Shown: positions 10,253-19,397 of the stretch, piece after piece
How positions within the stretch are numbered: the stretch's first letter is position 1
Layout of the letters: every line of letters begins with the position of its first letter
Origin: Candidatus Cloacimonadota bacterium
GTDB taxonomy: Bacteria > Cloacimonadota > Cloacimonadia > G963667145
DNA: 64,000 bases
Reading direction: 5' to 3'
Assembly: GCA_963667255.1 (NCBI GenBank)
Contig: OY762940.1
Span: 73,421-137,420, forward strand
Position numbers and translations under genes: made by a program
Notes under the pieces: generated by a model
What the model saw: only the letters and a program-made list of their open reading frames with translations
What the model was told of the DNA's origin: nothing
Database searches by the model: none

Positions 10253-11164
10253 CTATCCGAGAATTTCGGCGTAAGTTTTAAAATGAGTTTTACAGATAAA
10301 GGGAAGTTTATCAGAAGAAAATTTGGAAATGAATTTTTTGGCATCTTTTTTCACCAGTGCCGACGCTCCCTTGTGCAGAGTAAAACCGCATTTGGAAGAC
10401 AAATAATCCATCTGCCTCAAAAACTCCGCTCTTGCCAAAATGGAAGCAGCAGCAACCGCAGGGTCGTCCTCCGCCTTCTCTCTGAAAATACAGGAAATTT
10501 TTTTGAATTCGGCAGGTGCATAAGTATCCAACGCCCTCACAGAAGCAAATTTATCGATGACCGCACCCTCAAAATCTATCTGTTTTTGCAAATCCAAAAC
10601 AGCCTTAGTGTGCAGCCAAATCATCATCTGATTTAGCTTTTGCCCTTTGTCTCTGAACTGCTGATAAATCCTATTGTAATTCTTTGGTGCAACCCCGAAA
10701 ACCTTGCAATTGTTGGGATACTCGTTATACAAAATCTTGGCAATCTTCAAAATCTTCCCGTCCTCAAGTTTTTTGCAATCGTCCACACCAATCTCTCGCA
10801 AATACGGCAACATAGCTTTTTCTACTACAAAACCAGCTATCACCAAAGGTCCGAAGAAATCTCCTTTCCCCGATTCGTCTGTCCCAAGCCACTTTGACCA
10901 GTCGTGAGAACCTGCTGAACTTTCTCTACTCAACCCGCAAATATCCTGCAAAATTGCAGACAATTCAGTGGTTTTTTGCCCACCCAAAACAAAAGATACA
11001 CCTTTCTTTTGGGAAAAATAAACATTGAGGTTGTTCTTTTCGCTACCTTTTACAAAATGCAAAGCTACCCCATACGGGATAGCTTTTTTTTGAACACATT
11101 CTATGTCGGAAAATTTGAGTGCCTTATTCAGAACAGAACTTACTGCATTCTCCAGCGATGTCAT
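10253..11164 (-). CDS. rnhC: Ribonuclease HIII
   Basis: 303 aa. Active-site motif GTDESGKGDFFGPL, matching the RNase HIII GxDE(S/V)GKGDYFGP signature. An N-terminal extra domain is typical of HIII. Confidence 0.75.
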   Translation of the reverse strand: MTSLENAVSSVLNKALKFSDIECVQKKAIPYGVALHFVKGSEKNNLNVYFSQKKGVSFVLGGQKTTELSAILQDICGLSRESSAGSHDWSKWLGTDESGKGDFFGPLVIAGFVVEKAMLPYLREIGVDDCKKLEDGKILKIAKILYNEYPNNCKVFGVAPKNYNRIYQQFRDKGQKLNQMMIWLHTKAVLDLQKQIDFEGAVIDKFASVRALDTYAPAEFKKISCIFREKAEDDPAVAAASILARAEFLRQMDYLSSKCGFTLHKGASALVKKDAKKFISKFSSDKLPFICKTHFKTYAEILG

Positions 11165-12738
11165 TTCTCTTTCTCATGAGTCTTCAAATATTCTTCGGCA
11201 TTCTCAAACATTTTTTTCGTAGTCTCAGCATCTTTCAAAATCTCCAAAGACGCCTCTACATCCCTATCTATTTCAAAAATCCTCTTTTGCGAAACATTTG
11301 CCGAGAACTTTCTCCTCAAAATATTCGATTCCAGATTAACCCTTATTTTGTCGTAAATCGCATCGACACCCGATTTATCAAAATCAATTTTCTGAGTATT
11401 CTTCACATATTTCAGGAAATCGACCATCGTTCTAGAATCGGCTGTAAAATCTTCGTCAATCTTATCGGGATTCTCGTTAAAATACTTAACAGAAAACTCA
11501 AAATAGGAGTTGTTGATGATGAAATCTTTTTCCAACTTACTCAAAGTATCTTGCTCAACCTCGATATCAGGCGTAATGCCACCACCACCATAAACCTTTC
11601 GTCCGCCAAGAGTTTTGAAAGTATTGTCCTTGTTGTGCTTCTTATACTCTTTCATCTTCGCTTCGACAAACTCTTTGCTGATACTATCCTTATAATTTTT
11701 GATAATGGTATCGTTAAACGAGTTGTGCACACAGCGACCGGACGGGATATAATATTTGGCAATCGTCATCTTGATGCCTTCAGTATTGGGCAAAGTATAG
11801 GTCTGTTGCACGGAACCTTTACCATAGGATTGAGTCCCGACTATCAGAGCCTTGTCATAATCTTGCAACACTCCGGCAAAAATCTCCGAAGCACTGGCAG
11901 AGCCACCGTTTACCAAGACAATAATCGGGACATCGCTGATAGAGGCAGGATAGTTGGAGTAATAATTTTTGGTAAATCCAGCATTCTTCCCCTTAGTGGT
12001 CAATAGCAACATCTCCTTGTCAATGAACTCATCCAAGATGGTCAGAGCCTCTTGCAAAAGCCCTCCGGGGTTGCTCCTGAGGTCTAAAATATATTTTGTA
12101 GCACCTTGCTCTTTCAGTTCGTTCAAAGCACCGATGAAATCTGTTGTCGTGTTGCCATTGAATTGGCGGAGCTTAATATACCCGATACCATCAGCCAACA
12201 AAATTTTGTATGGCACACTGGATACATTGATGACAGCCCTCTCCAAATCAAACTCTTTGGTATGATTAAACCTCAACACGGTAACCTTCACTTTGGTGCC
12301 AGGCTTACCTTTCAGCAATTTAATCAATTCGTTGATATCCAAACCGACAACATCTTTTCCGTCCACTTTCACTATCTTGTCTCCGGACATCATTCCAGCT
12401 TTGGCAGCTGGAGAATCGTCTATCGGCTCAACAACGGTCACATATTCGCCCATAGTGGAAATAACTATCCCCAATCCACCGAAATGTCCGCTGGTTTGCT
12501 CAAAAAAACTCTTGAACTCCTTTGCTGTATAAAAAGCGGTATGAGGGTCAAGCTTTTCTATCATCCCCTTAATAGCACTATTTACAAGCTCTCTCGTGGA
12601 AACTTCGCCATCATAGTCCTGACTAATGAGCTTAATCACCTGCATCAATGACTGAATATCTCTAAAATTTTCCTCTTCTGTCGCAAAAGCAAACAGTGGA
12701 GCAATCATCAATAATGTTAAAATCAGTATTTTTTTCAA
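11161..12738 (-). CDS. Carboxy-terminal processing peptidase (S41 family, tail-specific protease) with PDZ domain
   Basis: 525 aa. Signal peptide. PDZ segment (GDKIVKVDGKDVVGL). S41 catalytic-region motifs (VLVNGGSASASEIFAG, GKGSVQ). Confidence 0.85.
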   Translation of the reverse strand: MKKILILTLLMIAPLFAFATEEENFRDIQSLMQVIKLISQDYDGEVSTRELVNSAIKGMIEKLDPHTAFYTAKEFKSFFEQTSGHFGGLGIVISTMGEYVTVVEPIDDSPAAKAGMMSGDKIVKVDGKDVVGLDINELIKLLKGKPGTKVKVTVLRFNHTKEFDLERAVINVSSVPYKILLADGIGYIKLRQFNGNTTTDFIGALNELKEQGATKYILDLRSNPGGLLQEALTILDEFIDKEMLLLTTKGKNAGFTKNYYSNYPASISDVPIIVLVNGGSASASEIFAGVLQDYDKALIVGTQSYGKGSVQQTYTLPNTEGIKMTIAKYYIPSGRCVHNSFNDTIIKNYKDSISKEFVEAKMKEYKKHNKDNTFKTLGGRKVYGGGGITPDIEVEQDTLSKLEKDFIINNSYFEFSVKYFNENPDKIDEDFTADSRTMVDFLKYVKNTQKIDFDKSGVDAIYDKIRVNLESNILRRKFSANVSQKRIFEIDRDVEASLEILKDAETTKKMFENAEEYLKTHEKEK

Positions 12739-13370
12739 TTTCCCTCCTTAAACTTTAAGGAAATTTCTTTTTTATTTTTCAAAAACCTCAAAACTCTCTG
12801 ATGGATTTCGACAACAGGCAAATGCCCGTCCAACACAACTACTCGGTTCGGTTCTCTTGCAGCCAAGTCATCAAATCCGGCAATCAACTTCCGATGATAC
12901 TCCGAACTCGCCAATTCAATCTTATCCTTCTCCTGACCTTGCAACCGCTTTTGCGATTCCTCAAAATCAATCCGCAAATAAAAAGTAACATCGGGCATCA
13001 AACTTCCCGTGCTAAAAGTGTTCAGCCAAATCACGCTCTCCCGTGACAAATCACCTGCAAAACTCTGATAAACCATTGAGGAGTCAATAAATCTATCGCA
13101 TATCACTTGATAATCATCTTGTAATTTGGGCAAGATATATTTAGCACAATGTTCACTCCTCACCGCACTAAACAAGAGCAAAGCACTCTTATGGCTCAAC
13201 TCAATATTCCTGTCGTGAAGCAAAATCTCTCTGATTTTTTCACCGAAAGCAAAACCACCCGGCTCTCTCGTCAAAAAACTCTTGATTTGCTTTTCCTGAA
13301 AATACTTATGCAAAAGAGAAGCCTGCGTGCTTTTACCACAAGCTTCTACTCCTTCAAAAGTTATAAACAT
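12735..13370 (-). CDS. tmk: Thymidylate kinase
   Basis: 211 aa. P-loop FEGVEACGKSTQ. Start overlaps the downstream gene by 4 nt. Confidence 0.85.
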   Translation of the reverse strand: MFITFEGVEACGKSTQASLLHKYFQEKQIKSFLTREPGGFAFGEKIREILLHDRNIELSHKSALLLFSAVRSEHCAKYILPKLQDDYQVICDRFIDSSMVYQSFAGDLSRESVIWLNTFSTGSLMPDVTFYLRIDFEESQKRLQGQEKDKIELASSEYHRKLIAGFDDLAAREPNRVVVLDGHLPVVEIHQRVLRFLKNKKEISLKFKEGN

Positions 13371-13383
13371 AAATTATATGAAA

Positions 13384-13941
13384 TTAAACTGTCAAAATAT
13401 CTTTTTCTTTGTTTTTGACAGCAACATCGACCTTTTTCGCCCAATCGTCAGTCAAAGATTGAACATCAGCAAGCAAACTCTTGCAATCGTCCTCGGAAAT
13501 ATCTCCTGCTTTCTCCATCTTCTTCGCACTGTCGTTGGCATCGCGTCTGATGTTACGAAGAGCAATCTTGCAATTTTCGCCTTTCTTCTTAACATCCTTA
13601 ACTATCTCCAATCTCTTCTCTTGCGTAAGAGGAGGAAAAGGCAATCTAATCACAATTCCGTCATTTTCGGGAGTTATGCCGAGATTGAACGACAAAATAG
13701 ATTTCTCTATCTCCTTGAGCGTAGATTTGTCCCAAGGCTGCAAAACTATCATTCTGGCTTCAGGCACGGAAATCTTGCACATTTGTTTGAGAGGCGTAGG
13801 CTGTCCGTAATAATCAACCATCACCTTATCCAGCACACCGGCGTTCGCTTTGCCAGCAACTATCCTGCTGTAATCGTCCAACAAACCATTAAAAGTATCG
13901 TTCATCTTTTTGGAGGCATTGTCCAAAGTCTCTTTCATCAT
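13384..13941 (-). CDS. frr: Ribosome recycling factor
   Basis: 185 aa. Conserved pyrH-frr gene order. Typical RRF length and charged C-terminal helix. Confidence 0.9.
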   Translation of the reverse strand: MMKETLDNASKKMNDTFNGLLDDYSRIVAGKANAGVLDKVMVDYYGQPTPLKQMCKISVPEARMIVLQPWDKSTLKEIEKSILSFNLGITPENDGIVIRLPFPPLTQEKRLEIVKDVKKKGENCKIALRNIRRDANDSAKKMEKAGDISEDDCKSLLADVQSLTDDWAKKVDVAVKNKEKDILTV

Positions 13942-13952
13942 ATCTCAACTCC

Positions 13953-14654
13953 TTAATCAGTAACCACAGTGCCAATGCTTTGATCCAGCACCACTTTCTT
14001 CAGATTTCCCTTTTTACTCACATCAAAAACCACAATTTTTTTGTTATGCTCTTTGGCGAGAGCAAAAGCCGTCGCATCCATTATCCGCAAGTTTTTTTGC
14101 AAAGCCTCTTCGTAGCCCAATTTCGTGTAAAGTTTGGCATCGGCAAATTTGTTCGGGTCCTTGTCATAAACACCGGAAACATTCGTCCCTTTTATCAGAA
14201 AATCACACTTCGTTTCGATAGCCCTCAAGACTCCCGCTGTATCCGTAGTGAAATAAGGATTGCCCACTCCTCCGGCAAAAAAACAGATGTTGCCGTCAGT
14301 CAGAGCGGACTCAGCAGAGAGCGGAGAGTAAGATTCGCAAACATATGGCATACGAACAATCGAAAAGACACGCACTTTCCCGTAGCCCTTGTTCCTAATC
14401 ACACCGCTGACCATCAAGGCATTTTGAATAGTGGCAAGCATCCCGATATTGTCTCCGGTAGGCTGATCAATCCCAACTTTTCCCGAACCAATCCCACGGA
14501 AAAGGTTGCCTCCCCCTATAACGACAGCGAGTTCTACCCCCGCTTGGTGAATCTCAATAATTTCATCAGAAATTCGATTTAAAATTTCTTCATCGAAACC
14601 CTTTCTGGCACTTCCTGCCAAAAATTCTCCACTAAGCTTGAGTAGAACCCGCAT
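13953..14654 (-). CDS. pyrH: UMP kinase
   Basis: 233 aa. Amino-acid-kinase fold (LLKLSGE, VIGGGN motifs). Sits between tsf and frr. Confidence 0.9.
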   Translation of the reverse strand: MRVLLKLSGEFLAGSARKGFDEEILNRISDEIIEIHQAGVELAVVIGGGNLFRGIGSGKVGIDQPTGDNIGMLATIQNALMVSGVIRNKGYGKVRVFSIVRMPYVCESYSPLSAESALTDGNICFFAGGVGNPYFTTDTAGVLRAIETKCDFLIKGTNVSGVYDKDPNKFADAKLYTKLGYEEALQKNLRIMDATAFALAKEHNKKIVVFDVSKKGNLKKVVLDQSIGTVVTD

Positions 14655-14683
14655 AAAATCTCTCCTATTCTAAAAGAGAACTA

Positions 14684-15277
14684 TTATTCTCCCAAAGCAA
14701 ATCTAACAAATCTACTGATTTTGATATTCTCTCCGAGTTTAGCTATCACTTCCGTAATCAAATCAGAAATTTTTTTGTCAGGGTCTTTCACAAATTCTTG
14801 CTCCAATAAAGTGTTTTGCTTGATATATTTTGCAATCTGACCGTCAACAATCTTCTCTACGATTTTCTCTGGTTTGCCCTCATTGAGAGCCTTTTGAGTA
14901 TAAATCTCTCTCTCTTTAGCCAACAAATCTTGGTCTAATTCCTCGGAACTAACAGCCAAAGGATTAGAAGCGGCAATGTGCATACAAATGTCTTTGCACA
15001 AATTTACAAAGTCATCGGTCTTAGCCACGAAATCGGTCTCACAGCTCATCTCCAAAAGAACACCAAGTTTATTGTTGGAATGAATGTAAGAGTAAACAAG
15101 CCCTTCGTTGGTGTCTCTTTCAGCTTTGCTTTCAGCCTTTGCTATACCTTTTTCGCGTAAATATTTGATAGCCGCATCTATGTCGCCGTCACACTTGGTC
15201 AAAGCCTTTTTGCAATCCATCATACCCACGCCAGTTCTCTTTCTGAGGTCCATCACCTCTTTGGCACTAATTGACAT
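14684..15277 (-). CDS. tsf: Elongation factor Ts (short form)
   Basis: 197 aa. N-terminal UBA-like EF-Ts motif (ISAKEVMDLRKRTGVGMMDCKKAL). Sits downstream of rpsB. Confidence 0.85.
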   Translation of the reverse strand: MSISAKEVMDLRKRTGVGMMDCKKALTKCDGDIDAAIKYLREKGIAKAESKAERDTNEGLVYSYIHSNNKLGVLLEMSCETDFVAKTDDFVNLCKDICMHIAASNPLAVSSEELDQDLLAKEREIYTQKALNEGKPEKIVEKIVDGQIAKYIKQNTLLEQEFVKDPDKKISDLITEVIAKLGENIKISRFVRFALGE

Positions 15278-15292
15278 TATATTACTCCTAAA

Positions 15293-16105
15293 CTATTCAA
15301 CGGAAACATTCTCCTCTGCTTCCTCATCTATCTCTTCACTTTCTTCGTCGAACTCTTCCAAACCCTCAAAATCTTGAGAATCTTGGACATCATCCTTTTG
15401 CTCTATTCCTTCGCCTTCAGTCAAAATCTTGGCACCTTCCAATACAGCTTCAGCCAAAGTGTCAAAAATAAGACTTACCGCTCTGATAGCGTCATCGTTG
15501 GAAGGAATAGGATAATCTATCATATCGGGGTCGGAATTGGTATCCACCAAAGCAACGATAGGAATATTTTTCTTCAAAGCCTCTTTGATGGCGATGTCGT
15601 CGTTGTTGGTGTCGGAAATCACAACTACACCTGGCAAACGGTCCATTTTACGAACTCCGCCCAAAGATTTGAGCTTCTTGTCGTATTTCTTTTGCATCTT
15701 GCCCACTTCAAACTTGGTGTAATTGTTGATAGAGCCGTCTTCCATCATAGAATCGAACTTGTCCAACTCTCTGATGCTCTTCCTAATCGTATTCATATTG
15801 GTAAGCATACCACCAAGCCATCTAGAGTTCACATAAAAAGCTCCGCACTTATCGGCAGCCTCTTTCACGGAATCTTTAGCTTGCTTTTTGGTGCCCACAA
15901 AAAGAACAGGTTCGCCTTTCCGAGCAACACCTTTCACAAATTCGTAAGCCTCTTCGATTTTACTAACTGTTTGACCAAGGTCAAGAATGTGGATCCCGTT
16001 TCTCTTGATGAAAATAAATTTCTTCATCTTAGGATTCCACTTATGAGTTTGGTGACCAAAGTGAACTCCAGCCTCCAATAATTGTTTCATAGATACAACT
16101 GACAT
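15293..16105 (-). CDS. rpsB: 30S ribosomal protein S2
   Basis: 270 aa. N-terminal MKQLLEAGVHFGHQT. Acidic C-terminal tail. rpsB-tsf operon. Confidence 0.9.
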   Translation of the reverse strand: MSVVSMKQLLEAGVHFGHQTHKWNPKMKKFIFIKRNGIHILDLGQTVSKIEEAYEFVKGVARKGEPVLFVGTKKQAKDSVKEAADKCGAFYVNSRWLGGMLTNMNTIRKSIRELDKFDSMMEDGSINNYTKFEVGKMQKKYDKKLKSLGGVRKMDRLPGVVVISDTNNDDIAIKEALKKNIPIVALVDTNSDPDMIDYPIPSNDDAIRAVSLIFDTLAEAVLEGAKILTEGEGIEQKDDVQDSQDFEGLEEFDEESEEIDEEAEENVSVE

Positions 16106-16235
16106 ATCATTGTCTCCTTATTTGCGGTTACTATTCCGTCTCATTCCAGGCGACATCCTGCTGACTTTGAAAATCTTCATCAAAGCACCGCTCAAGATGC
16201 ACATTGCCAATAGCGAAACGGATATTTTCAATAAA

Positions 16236-16622
16236 TTATCTCTTGGAAAATTGCGGTTTTTTACGAGCTTTCGGTCTACCAACAACTTTTCTCTCTACGA
16301 TACGGGAATCTCTGGTCAACAAACCATCTTTTTTGAGAGAACCTCGTAAAGCGTCATCATACTCCAAAAGTGCCTTGGCAACAGCCAATTTCAAAGCATC
16401 AGCTTGAGCAGATTTTCCTCCACCCTTCACAGTAGCCTTAATATCGAACTTTTCGGCAAGCTCCACCAATTGCAACGGTTGCTCTATCTTTTGTAATAAA
16501 ATATCTCTCTCAAAATAGTCTTTCATATTTAGGTCGTTGACTATTCTTTTGCCGGTACCCAGAGAAATTCTCACTTTACCAATAGCTGTCTTGCGTCTTC
16601 CAACTGCATCGAAATATTGCAT
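16236..16622 (-). CDS. rpsI: 30S ribosomal protein S9
   Basis: 128 aa. C-terminal ...RKKPQFSKR. Sits downstream of rplM. Confidence 0.9.
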   Translation of the reverse strand: MQYFDAVGRRKTAIGKVRISLGTGKRIVNDLNMKDYFERDILLQKIEQPLQLVELAEKFDIKATVKGGGKSAQADALKLAVAKALLEYDDALRGSLKKDGLLTRDSRIVERKVVGRPKARKKPQFSKR

Positions 16623-16631
16623 AAAATCTCC

Positions 16632-17060
16632 TTAAACCTCTAAATCCTGTGGATTTTGTGCTGAATGAGGATGCTCACTGCCTGCGTAAACTTTCAACTT
16701 AGTAAGCATTTTCCTACCCAAAGGACCTTTGGGCAACATTCCTTTTACAGCATGAATAATAATTTGCTCCGGTGTCTCCTGAAGCATTCTCTTGAATGAC
16801 TTTTCTTTAAGACCACTTTGATAACCACTGTAAGTCTTGTAAACTTTGCTATCTGCCTTACTACCGGTCAATCTGATCTTTTCGGCATTCACTACCACAA
16901 CGAAATCGCCCGTGTCCAGATTCGGAATAAAATAAGGTTTGTGCTTCCCTCTGAGTATAGAGGCAATTTTGGTAGATATTCTCCCCAAAACCTTATCCGT
17001 TGCATCCACCTTGAACCAAACTCTCTCGATGTCACTCATCTTTGGTGATACGGTTTTCAT
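16632..17060 (-). CDS. rplM: 50S ribosomal protein L13
   Basis: 142 aa. rplM-rpsI operon. Typical L13 length and composition. Confidence 0.9.
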   Translation of the reverse strand: MKTVSPKMSDIERVWFKVDATDKVLGRISTKIASILRGKHKPYFIPNLDTGDFVVVVNAEKIRLTGSKADSKVYKTYSGYQSGLKEKSFKRMLQETPEQIIIHAVKGMLPKGPLGRKMLTKLKVYAGSEHPHSAQNPQDLEV

Positions 17061-17341
17061 CTTTTATTTTCTCCTTAAAAAAACGCGTTGTAAATTTCTA
17101 TATCGTCTTCATAATAATTCCAAGCCACACCTTTCGGGACTATACGGCACAGCCATGAGTAGCAAAAGAAAAATAGACGGATAAAATGTCAAATACTTTT
17201 ATCTGTGTGATAGTTACAACTTTTTGAGTTGACATTTTCTTCTTTGGAAATCATTTGGGGAAAATTGAATAAAATACTAAATTGTATCGCAAGGTCTCTG
17301 GCTGGCAGTAAAGTAAAAAAGAGAAAGAAGAGGATTAGAGA

Positions 17342-17941
17342 ATGGGAAAATGGATTGTAATTATTGTCTTAACTTTGGGGATTGGTTTTATTTCTTACAA
17401 ATATATCAAAAAAAATAAAGAGAAAAAGGAAGCACAAGTCTCTTATTATTTTAAATCAAAAGCGATTAAGGCCGATATATTTAAAGTTGTTGTAGATAAA
17501 AACGCTATTGACGACTGGTCTATGTTGAATAATATAAAAAGGACTGCTTTTACTTTTGACCTCCAAGACTTCTTCATCCAAGAAAGACCTATTCTCTTCG
17601 TAGGGAATATAGTTGATATTTACAATAAAAAAGACAAAAGAATTGTTGTTATGGAATTGTCTAGTTATTATGGTGTGCGTCCTTTAGATTATTATTACCA
17701 AGTTTTGCTTTATTTAGAGATAGAGAAGAAAAGTTTGGATGTTTTTTTAAAAACAATAAATTTAGATAATATAGAAAAGTTAGAGACACTTGATTTCGAC
17801 AATAGAAATTTTGTTGCCATAGCTTTTGTAAAATCCATAGAAAGATTCGAAACACAATTAAAAATTATTGGGTCTTTGGAATATCTTAGGATGGTTGGGT
17901 CAATGGGGGTTGATGATTTTATAAAAGGGGTAGGATATTAA
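17342..17941 (+). CDS. Hypothetical membrane-anchored protein (N-terminal TM helix)
   Basis: 199 aa. N-terminal hydrophobic helix WIVIIVLTLGIGFISY. Very AT-rich gene. No recognisable family. Confidence 0.45.
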   Translation: MGKWIVIIVLTLGIGFISYKYIKKNKEKKEAQVSYYFKSKAIKADIFKVVVDKNAIDDWSMLNNIKRTAFTFDLQDFFIQERPILFVGNIVDIYNKKDKRIVVMELSSYYGVRPLDYYYQVLLYLEIEKKSLDVFLKTINLDNIEKLETLDFDNRNFVAIAFVKSIERFETQLKIIGSLEYLRMVGSMGVDDFIKGVGY

Positions 17942-17962
17942 GGTTTCTTTGGAGTAAAGGAT

Positions 17963-18277
17963 ATGAGATTAGCACATAAAAATATAATTTGTTTAGTTTT
18001 GGCGATTCTATTTTTGGGTTGTCTTTTTAAGATGCCATATTTTTATTATACAATTGTGAGGGTGTTTGGATTTGTAGGATTTGGAATTTTGGCTTACAAA
18101 GAGATTGGAAGAAACGGAGTTTGGTTGTTTTTTTGGTCTTCTTCGGCTGTTCTTACGAACCCTTTTGTTAAAATATCGCTTTCGAGTAGATTTGCTTGGA
18201 ATGTTGTCGATGTGTTGTGGGCTATAATGTTGTTAATTTATGTCTTGTTAGGTATGAAATTAGGGAGGAAGAATTAA
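17963..18277 (+). CDS. Hypothetical small integral membrane protein
   Basis: 104 aa with 3-4 predicted TM segments. Co-oriented and tightly spaced with its neighbours. Confidence 0.4.
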   Translation: MRLAHKNIICLVLAILFLGCLFKMPYFYYTIVRVFGFVGFGILAYKEIGRNGVWLFFWSSSAVLTNPFVKISLSSRFAWNVVDVLWAIMLLIYVLLGMKLGRKN

Positions 18278-18301
18278 TATGAAAAATATAGCGTTTTTTT
18301 C

Positions 18302-18784
18302 GTGTTGATAATTTCTTTTTTCTTTGGTGGATGTGCAATAAATCATACTACTGTCCCATATAGCGAGAGAAAATATGAGGTGGTTTATGATGTTCATTTG
18401 AAAAAAAACAAAATTTATAGTAAATCTATTGAGTGGATTGTGAGAAATTATAAAAATGCAAATCAAAGAACATTACCCTATGACAATGAAAAAAACGGGA
18501 AAATTGTGGCAAAGGCTTCCTCTTCTTATTATTCTTTTCTGTATACGCGTTATATAAATTATGATTACACTTTAGTAATTTCCATAAAAGAGAACAAAAT
18601 TAAAGTTTTGGGAGAGCATTTTGTAGGACACCTCCTCTATTCTGACCAAAAAACTGGCGCAACTTATGATAGGGAATTTGAAGTTTGGGAGTCAAAAGAT
18701 ATTTTAGAAATTAAGTCTAATTTAGCAGTTCTTTTTGATGAATTGTATTATTTTTTAGAGTATAACAAAGGTGATGATTTTTAG
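18302..18784 (+). CDS. Hypothetical lipoprotein
   Basis: 160 aa. Signal peptide plus lipobox FFFGGCA. Confidence 0.45.
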   Translation: MLIISFFFGGCAINHTTVPYSERKYEVVYDVHLKKNKIYSKSIEWIVRNYKNANQRTLPYDNEKNGKIVAKASSSYYSFLYTRYINYDYTLVISIKENKIKVLGEHFVGHLLYSDQKTGATYDREFEVWESKDILEIKSNLAVLFDELYYFLEYNKGDDF

Positions 18785-18817
18785 AAAAATAGCATTTTTT
18801 TCTGTCTAACGAATTGG

Positions 18818-19396
18818 TTGACGGCGAATTGCTCGTTGATTTGTTTGAAAAGAATGAATTGGGTCTCAAACCAAAAACAATTTACGAAATCGACAAAGAT
18901 TTCTTTAAAGATTTTATGGAATAATAAAGAAGGAATAAAAATGTTTGATAAAAACCTTTGGCTTTTTTTGGTAGTGATGACATCTATAAACGGTGTCGTT
19001 TGGTATTTTCGCTCAAAGAAATACATAAAAGCAAACCCTGAGCTAAAACAAGGATACAACCGACTCATTAGAGGATTTTTCATTTATTGCAATCTTCCAT
19101 GGCTCTTGATAGCGATATTCAGACATGCGGGTTTAATCCAAAACTCTTTCGATTTGGCGAAACCTCATAACTACCAAACCGGTGTCATCATTTGGCATAT
19201 TGTTGTTTCCTTCTTGGTAATTGCAGGGACATACTGGATTTTTTCACTGAAAGGAGCTGAAATACTTTGCAGCCATCCGGGTCTATTTGAAAACACCTTC
19301 AACAACAAGAACAACATCACTGTGGAGATAATCAAAAAATTTTGGCTCGTTGTTGTTCTCTCTGCTTTCATAGTTGAGCTTACACTTTGGGTTTAG
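18818..19396 (+). CDS. Hypothetical integral membrane protein. The start is more likely the internal Met at ~18941.
   Basis: 192 aa. About four hydrophobic helices after MFDKNLWLFLVVMTSINGVVWYF. The stop abuts the uvrC stop. Confidence 0.4.
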   Translation: MTANCSLICLKRMNWVSNQKQFTKSTKISLKILWNNKEGIKMFDKNLWLFLVVMTSINGVVWYFRSKKYIKANPELKQGYNRLIRGFFIYCNLPWLLIAIFRHAGLIQNSFDLAKPHNYQTGVIIWHIVVSFLVIAGTYWIFSLKGAEILCSHPGLFENTFNNKNNITVEIIKKFWLVVVLSAFIVELTLWV

Positions 19397-19397
19397 G

